Shown here piece after piece: positions 59,683 through 64,000 of a stretch of DNA of 64,000 nt (its first letter is position 1; each line of letters opens with the position of its first letter). Position numbers and translations under genes: made by a program. The stretch is from Candidatus Acidiferrales bacterium (GTDB lineage Bacteria; Desulfobacterota; Binatia; UBA9968): positions 13,889 to 77,888 of the forward strand of contig DATMAM010000017.1 of the NCBI GenBank assembly GCA_035559995.1. The letters are read 5' to 3'. The notes under the pieces were generated by a model, which saw only the letters and a list, made by a program, of their open reading frames with translations, searched no databases and was not told the origin of the DNA.

Positions 59683-60051
59683 TCAGAGCACCTCCGGAGC
59701 GAGCGAGATAATCTTCATGAATTTTTTACCGCGCAGCTCGCGCGCCACCGGCCCGAAGATCCGCGTCCCGATCGGCTCGCCCTGGTTGTCGATCAAAACC
59801 GCCGAATTGCTATCGAAGCGGATATAGCTGCCGTCGATCCGACCGATCTCTTTCGCCGTGCGCACCACCACCGCCTTGGTCACCTCGCCTTTTTTCACCT
59901 TCGCGTTCGGGATCGCCTCCTTGACGGAAACCACGATCACATCCCCGATCGAGGCGTACTTTCGCTTGCTGCCGCCCAGCACCTTGATGCACTGAACCTT
60001 GCGCGCGCCGGAGTTGTCGGCGACATCCAGAACCGTGCGCATCTGAATCAT
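59683..60051 (-). CDS. rplN: 50S ribosomal protein L14
   Basis: [37 protein letters not shown] is near-consensus L14. Confidence 0.95.
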   Translation of the reverse strand: MIQMRTVLDVADNSGARKVQCIKVLGGSKRKYASIGDVIVVSVKEAIPNAKVKKGEVTKAVVVRTAKEIGRIDGSYIRFDSNSAVLIDNQGEPIGTRIFGPVARELRGKKFMKIISLAPEVL

Positions 60052-60347
60052 GGCTGGGCACCCGGTTCCATTTCCGGCAGCGCCTCGACGCGCGCGGCGC
60101 GCTCGACAATCTTGTACACGCGCCAGCGCTTGTCCCGGCTGAGCGGCCGGCTTTCGATGATGAGCACGCGGTCGCCCGGCTGGCAGGCGTTTCTTTCGTC
60201 GTGCGCCTTGACCCGCGTTCGCCGCCTCATGTAGCGCTTGTATTTCGGGTCCATCACGGTCCTTTCGACCGACACCACCACGGTCTTCTGCATCCGGTTG
60301 CTCATCACGATCCCCTCGCGGACCTTCCTCTGCCCTCGCTCTTTCAT
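60048..60347 (-). CDS. rpsQ: 30S ribosomal protein S17
   Basis: 99 aa. [28 protein letters not shown] is the S17 OB fold. Confidence 0.9.
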   Translation of the reverse strand: MKERGQRKVREGIVMSNRMQKTVVVSVERTVMDPKYKRYMRRRTRVKAHDERNACQPGDRVLIIESRPLSRDKRWRVYKIVERAARVEALPEMEPGAQP

Positions 60348-60353
60348 GGACCG

Positions 60354-60548
60354 TTACGCCTGCCTCTCGCGCTCGCGCAAGACCGTCTCAACCCGCGCCA
60401 GGTCGCGCTTGGCCTGGCGCAGCCTCATCGGATTTTCCAACTGCCCCGTGCCGCGCTTGAGCCTGAGATGGAAAATGTCGTCGATCAGCTCGCGCCGCTT
60501 TTGCGCAAGCTCGGCGTCGCTCAGAGCGCGTAGCTCGCTAGCCTGCAT
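60354..60548 (-). CDS. rpmC: 50S ribosomal protein L29
   Basis: Start taken at [31 protein letters not shown] (ATG 60548). 64 aa, typical L29. Confidence 0.9.
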   Translation of the reverse strand: MQASELRALSDAELAQKRRELIDDIFHLRLKRGTGQLENPMRLRQAKRDLARVETVLRERERQA

Positions 60549-60963
60549 GCGCCCGTGCCCCCCGCTCGACAAACACCGTCGGCACCGAAAGCTTGTGCGC
60601 CGCTAGGCGAAACGCCTCGCGCGCCAGCTCGTGCTCGACCCCTTCCATCTCAAACAAAATCCGGCCCGGCTTTACGACCGCGACCCACTCGCTCGGCGTC
60701 CCCTTGCCTTTGCCCATGCGGGTTTCCGCCGGTTTTTTCGAGATCGGCTTGTCGGGAAAAATGCGAATCCAGACCTTGCCGCCGCGCTTGAGGGAGCGCG
60801 TGAGCGCCACGCGCGCGGCTTCGATCTCGCGCGCGCCAAGCCAGCCGCGGCCGAGCGCCTTGAGCCCATAGTCGCCGAACGCCAAGGACGACCCTCTCAG
60901 CGCCATCCCGCCGCGGCGGCCCTTCTGTTGTTTGCGGTACTTGACTCGTTTTGGCTCGAGCAT
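60538..60963 (-). CDS. rplP: 50S ribosomal protein L16
   Basis: [19 protein letters not shown]... is the L16 signature. Confidence 0.93.
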   Translation of the reverse strand: MLEPKRVKYRKQQKGRRGGMALRGSSLAFGDYGLKALGRGWLGAREIEAARVALTRSLKRGGKVWIRIFPDKPISKKPAETRMGKGKGTPSEWVAVVKPGRILFEMEGVEHELAREAFRLAAHKLSVPTVFVERGARAHAG

Positions 60964-60991
60964 GTTTCCGAGCTTGACGGGCGCCCCGCGG

Positions 60992-61660
60992 CTAAACCCC
61001 GAGCGCCGCCTTCTGCTGCTCCTCTTCTTTGGTTAAAACCTCGCCGCGGAAAATCCACACCTTGACGCCGATCACCCCATAGGTGGTCTTCGCCTCCGCG
61101 AAGCCGTAGCTGATGTCGGCCCTAAGCGTGTGCAGCGGCACGCGTCCCTCGCGGTACCACTCCGTGCGCGCGATCTCGGCGCCGCCGAGCCGGCCGGCGC
61201 ATTGGATGCGCACGCCCTGGGCTCCCATGCGGATGGCGCGCGACACGCTTTCCTTCATCGCGCGCCGAAAAGAGACGCGGCGCTCGAGCTGCAACGCGAC
61301 GTTCTCGGCGACGAGCTGAGCGTCGAGGTCGGGCCGGCGCACCTCGTGAATATTGATGTAGACCTCGCGCCGCGTGAGCCGGCCCAGCTCCTGCTTGAGC
61401 TTATCGATCTCGGCGCCCTTCTTGCCGATCACGATGCCCGGGCGCGCCGTGTGGATGTTGATCTTCGCCTTGTTCGCCGCCCGCTCGATTTCGATCCGCG
61501 AAATTCCCGCGTGGTACAGGCGCTGCTTTAAAAACTTCTTGACGCGAAAGTCTTCATGCAAAAGCTCCGCGTAGTCGCGCCCGGCGAACCAGCGCGAATC
61601 CCAGGACTCGTTGATCCCGACGCGAAAGATCTTGGGATGCGTTTTCTGCCCCATGCTCAA
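60992..61660 (-). CDS. rpsC: 30S ribosomal protein S3
   Basis: [24 protein letters not shown]... with KH and S3-C domains. Confidence 0.95.
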   Translation of the reverse strand: MSMGQKTHPKIFRVGINESWDSRWFAGRDYAELLHEDFRVKKFLKQRLYHAGISRIEIERAANKAKINIHTARPGIVIGKKGAEIDKLKQELGRLTRREVYINIHEVRRPDLDAQLVAENVALQLERRVSFRRAMKESVSRAIRMGAQGVRIQCAGRLGGAEIARTEWYREGRVPLHTLRADISYGFAEAKTTYGVIGVKVWIFRGEVLTKEEEQQKAALGV

Positions 61661-61992
61661 CCCTTCTCATCGACGATGACGGTGATGTGGCTGAGCCGCT
61701 TGCGCACGCGCGTCGCGCGCCCCAGCGCGCGCGGCATAAAGCGCTTCCACATCCCGGCCTCGTCGACCTTCACCTGCTTTACGTAGAGCCGGTCGACGTC
61801 CACGCTCTGCGTGTTCTCGGCGTTGGCGATGGCGGCTCGCAAGGTCTTCGCGACGATTCCCGCCGAGCGCTTCGGCGTAAACCGCAAGATGTTGAGCGCG
61901 TCCTCGACCCGCCGCCCGCGAATGAGATCGATCACGAGCCGAACCTTGCGCGGCGCGACGCGGACCCGTCTGGCAACGGCTCTCGCTTCCAT
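61657..61992 (-). CDS. rplV: 50S ribosomal protein L22
   Basis: [26 protein letters not shown]... is the L22 signature. Confidence 0.93.
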   Translation of the reverse strand: MEARAVARRVRVAPRKVRLVIDLIRGRRVEDALNILRFTPKRSAGIVAKTLRAAIANAENTQSVDVDRLYVKQVKVDEAGMWKRFMPRALGRATRVRKRLSHITVIVDEKG

Positions 61993-61999
61993 AAACGAC

Positions 62000-62332
62000 C
62001 TACGGTTTTGGCGCCCCCGCCGGCGCCCCCGGCCCCACCCCCGCCCCGGCCGTTTCCTTGGCTTCGCCTTTGCGGTCGCCGGCGTGCGCGAAAAACGTTC
62101 GCGTCGGGGCGAATTCGCCGAGCTTGTGGCCCACCATATTTTCCGTCACGTACACGGGAATGAACTTTCTCCCGTTGTGCACGGCGATCGTGTGACCGAC
62201 CATCTCCGGAATCACCGTCGAGCGCCGCGACCAGGTTTTGACCACTCGCTTTTCGCGCGCCGCATTGAGGGCGTCGATTTTCTTGCGCAGGTGTTCGTCC
62301 ACAAAGGGACCTTTTTTGATCGAGCGCGCCAT
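62000..62332 (-). CDS. rpsS: 30S ribosomal protein S19 (with Gly/Ala/Pro-rich C-terminal tail)
   Basis: Start taken at [23 protein letters not shown] (ATG 62332). Core S19 ([19 protein letters not shown]) followed by an about 20-aa tail (...[18 protein letters not shown]). The track N-terminal extension is rejected. Confidence 0.9.
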   Translation of the reverse strand: MARSIKKGPFVDEHLRKKIDALNAAREKRVVKTWSRRSTVIPEMVGHTIAVHNGRKFIPVYVTENMVGHKLGEFAPTRTFFAHAGDRKGEAKETAGAGVGPGAPAGAPKP

Positions 62333-62337
62333 CGATG

Positions 62338-63162
62338 CTACCCGTTTCTCCGCTTGACGATATATTGATCCGAAGGCTTGCGCTTTCTCGTCTTGTACCC
62401 CTTGGTCGGCTTTCCCCAGGGCGTCTGCGGGTGGTTTCCTTTCGAGCGCCCTTCGCCGCCGCCGTGCGGATGATCGACCGGGTTTTTCGCGATGCCGCGC
62501 GTCGCCGGCCGCTGGCCGAGCCAAACCACCCGTCCCGCCTTGCCGTAAGAGACGTTTTCGTGATCGAGGTTGCCCACCTGGCCGATGGTGGCGCGGCAGT
62601 CGACGAGCACTTTTCGGATCTCGCCCGACGGCAGCTTGAGCAACGCGTGCGCGCCTTCCTTGGCCATGAGCTGCGCGCCCGCGCCGGCGCTGCGCGCGAG
62701 CTGTCCCCCCTTGCCGAGCTTAAGCTCCACGTTGTGCACGACCGTCCCGATGGGAATATACCTGAGCGGGAGCGAGTTCCCGGCTTTGATATCCACGGGC
62801 TCGTCGCTGGCGATGACCGCGTCGCCGACGTTGAGTCGATCGGGAGCGAGGATGTAGCGCCGCTCGCCGTCCGCGTAGCACAAAAGCGCGATGTTGGCCG
62901 AGCGGTTGGGATCGTACTCGATCGACTCGACGCGCGCCGGCACATCCTTTTTGTCGCGCTTAAAGTCGATCACCCGGTAGCGCCGCTTGTGCCCGCCGCC
63001 CAGATGATCGCTCGTGATCCGCCCGGTGTTGTTTCGGCCCCCGGTGCGCTTGAGCGGGCGCAACAGACTCTTTTGCGGTTCGACCTTGGAGAGCTCCTCG
63101 AACGTAAGGCCCGTGCGAAACCGCATTCCCGGGGACGTGGGCGCAAAACTCTTAATGGGCAT
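62338..63162 (-). CDS. rplB: 50S ribosomal protein L2
   Basis: 274 aa. ...[26 protein letters not shown]... is the L2 signature. Confidence 0.95.
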   Translation of the reverse strand: MPIKSFAPTSPGMRFRTGLTFEELSKVEPQKSLLRPLKRTGGRNNTGRITSDHLGGGHKRRYRVIDFKRDKKDVPARVESIEYDPNRSANIALLCYADGERRYILAPDRLNVGDAVIASDEPVDIKAGNSLPLRYIPIGTVVHNVELKLGKGGQLARSAGAGAQLMAKEGAHALLKLPSGEIRKVLVDCRATIGQVGNLDHENVSYGKAGRVVWLGQRPATRGIAKNPVDHPHGGGEGRSKGNHPQTPWGKPTKGYKTRKRKPSDQYIVKRRNG

Positions 63163-63189
63163 CGGCGTGGCCTTCCTCTCTAGTTTGTG

Positions 63190-63480
63190 TTACACGCCGC
63201 CAAAGAAATCAATCTTGTGTCCTTCCGCCAGCGTCACGTAGGCCTTCTTCCATTGCGGCAGACGCCCCACGTTTCGCCCGACACGGCGCACCTTGCCGAG
63301 ATACCGCACGGTGTGGACCCGGACGACCTTGACTTTGAACAGCGCCTCGACGGCGTTTTTAATTTCAATTTTGTTGGCACCGGGGCGGACGCGAAACACG
63401 ACCTGCCGCGCGCTCTCCTGGAGCGCCGAACCCTTCTCCGTAATGAGCGGCGCCTGAATAATATTTTGCGGATCTCTCAT
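63190..63480 (-). CDS. rplW: 50S ribosomal protein L23
   Basis: 96 aa. IIQAPLITEKGSALQES...VFRVRPGANKIEIKNAVEALFKVKVVRV. Confidence 0.93.
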   Translation of the reverse strand: MRDPQNIIQAPLITEKGSALQESARQVVFRVRPGANKIEIKNAVEALFKVKVVRVHTVRYLGKVRRVGRNVGRLPQWKKAYVTLAEGHKIDFFGGV

Positions 63481-64000
63481 GCCGCCAGTCTCGCTTCGAT
63501 CGCGCGCAGCGAGCGCTCCGTCAAGATCAGGTGCTCGTAGCGGAGAAGATCGTAAACGTTGAGCCCCGCCACCTCCAGCACCTTGGCATTGGGCAAGTTG
63601 CGCGTCGCCAGCTCGACTTCGCGGGGGGTCTCGTCGAGCACGATCAACGCGCTTGCCACCTTAAGCTCGCCGAGGAGCTGATTCATGAGCCGGGTTTTGG
63701 GCTCCGCAAGCGCAAGACTTTCAAGGACGATGATCTTCCCGTCGCGCCGCTTGAGGCTCAGCGCCGAAATCAGCGCCGCCCGGCGCGCCTTCTTGGGCAA
63801 ACGGTACGCGTAGCTCCTGGGCTGCGGCCCGAAAACCGTGCCCCCTCCGACCCAGAGCGGCGAGCGAATGCTTCCGGCGCGCGCGCGTCCGGTGCCTTTC
63901 TGCCGCCACGGTTTTTTTCCTCCGCCACGGACCAGGCCTTTCGTCTTTGTCGCCGCCGTTCCGGCGCGGCGCGAAGCCAGCTGCATGCGCACGACTTGCT
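63477..64000 (-). CDS. rplD: 50S ribosomal protein L4 (C-terminal part; gene continues beyond window end)
   Basis: KGTGRARAGSIRSPLWVGGGTVFGPQPRSY is the L4 core. No start codon in the window, so the gene runs off the right edge. Confidence 0.9.
   Translation of the reverse strand, partial: QVVRMQLASRRAGTAATKTKGLVRGGGKKPWRQKGTGRARAGSIRSPLWVGGGTVFGPQPRSYAYRLPKKARRAALISALSLKRRDGKIIVLESLALAEPKTRLMNQLLGELKVASALIVLDETPREVELATRNLPNAKVLEVAGLNVYDLLRYEHLILTERSLRAIEARLAA

Overview
This 64 kb window reads as a gene-dense, high-GC (roughly two-thirds G+C by eye, not computed) chromosomal segment from a diderm bacterium. Coding is almost continuous on the true strands. The many long opposite-strand ORFs in the track are Arg/Ala-rich GC artefacts.

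The minus strand carries, left to right:
- proS (partial) and ispG.
- The rpmH-rnpA-yidD-yidC-jag cluster.
- gpsA and gyrA-gyrB.
- A seven-gene, translationally coupled MoxR-centred membrane operon in which every partner is a domain of unknown function (membrane protein, DUF4129, DUF4350, MoxR, DUF58, RDD, DUF95/SpoIIM-like).
- Further right: an Mrp/ApbC–DUF971–DUF59 Fe-S trio, a MOSC–flavin reductase–VOC operon, tRNA-Pro(CGG), and a def-fmt-rsmB-rpe operon with priA.
- Near the right-hand end: a TonB-ExbB-ExbD operon that begins with two paralogous tandem-repeat proteins, then the large ribosomal-protein operon (rplD partial at the window edge to rplQ, including rpoA, secY, adk, map, infA, rpmJ).

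The plus strand carries:
- An ECF sigma/zinc anti-sigma pair divergent from the MoxR operon.
- queE, a LysE exporter and a stand-alone EutA-like ATPase.
- An XRE-family regulator followed by pilMNOPQ and aroC-aroK-aroB-aroQ.
- A secreted VWA protein.

No rRNA, CRISPR array, integrase or transposase was seen.

The most interesting items are:
- The seven-gene MoxR/DUF58/DUF4350/DUF4129/RDD/DUF95 envelope operon with its adjacent ECF/anti-sigma switch.
- Two paralogous tandem-repeat (DxDGDG-containing, roughly 24-aa unit) exported proteins translationally fused to the TonB-ExbBD operon.
- A compositionally distinct low-GC islet with small Cys-rich and 2-TM ORFs next to tRNA-Pro.
- A stand-alone EutA-like protein with a His-rich N-terminus.
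- A short molybdopterin-oxidoreductase gene relic.

Coordinates taken from the ORF track are firm. Promoter and hairpin coordinates were read by eye and may be off by a base or two.
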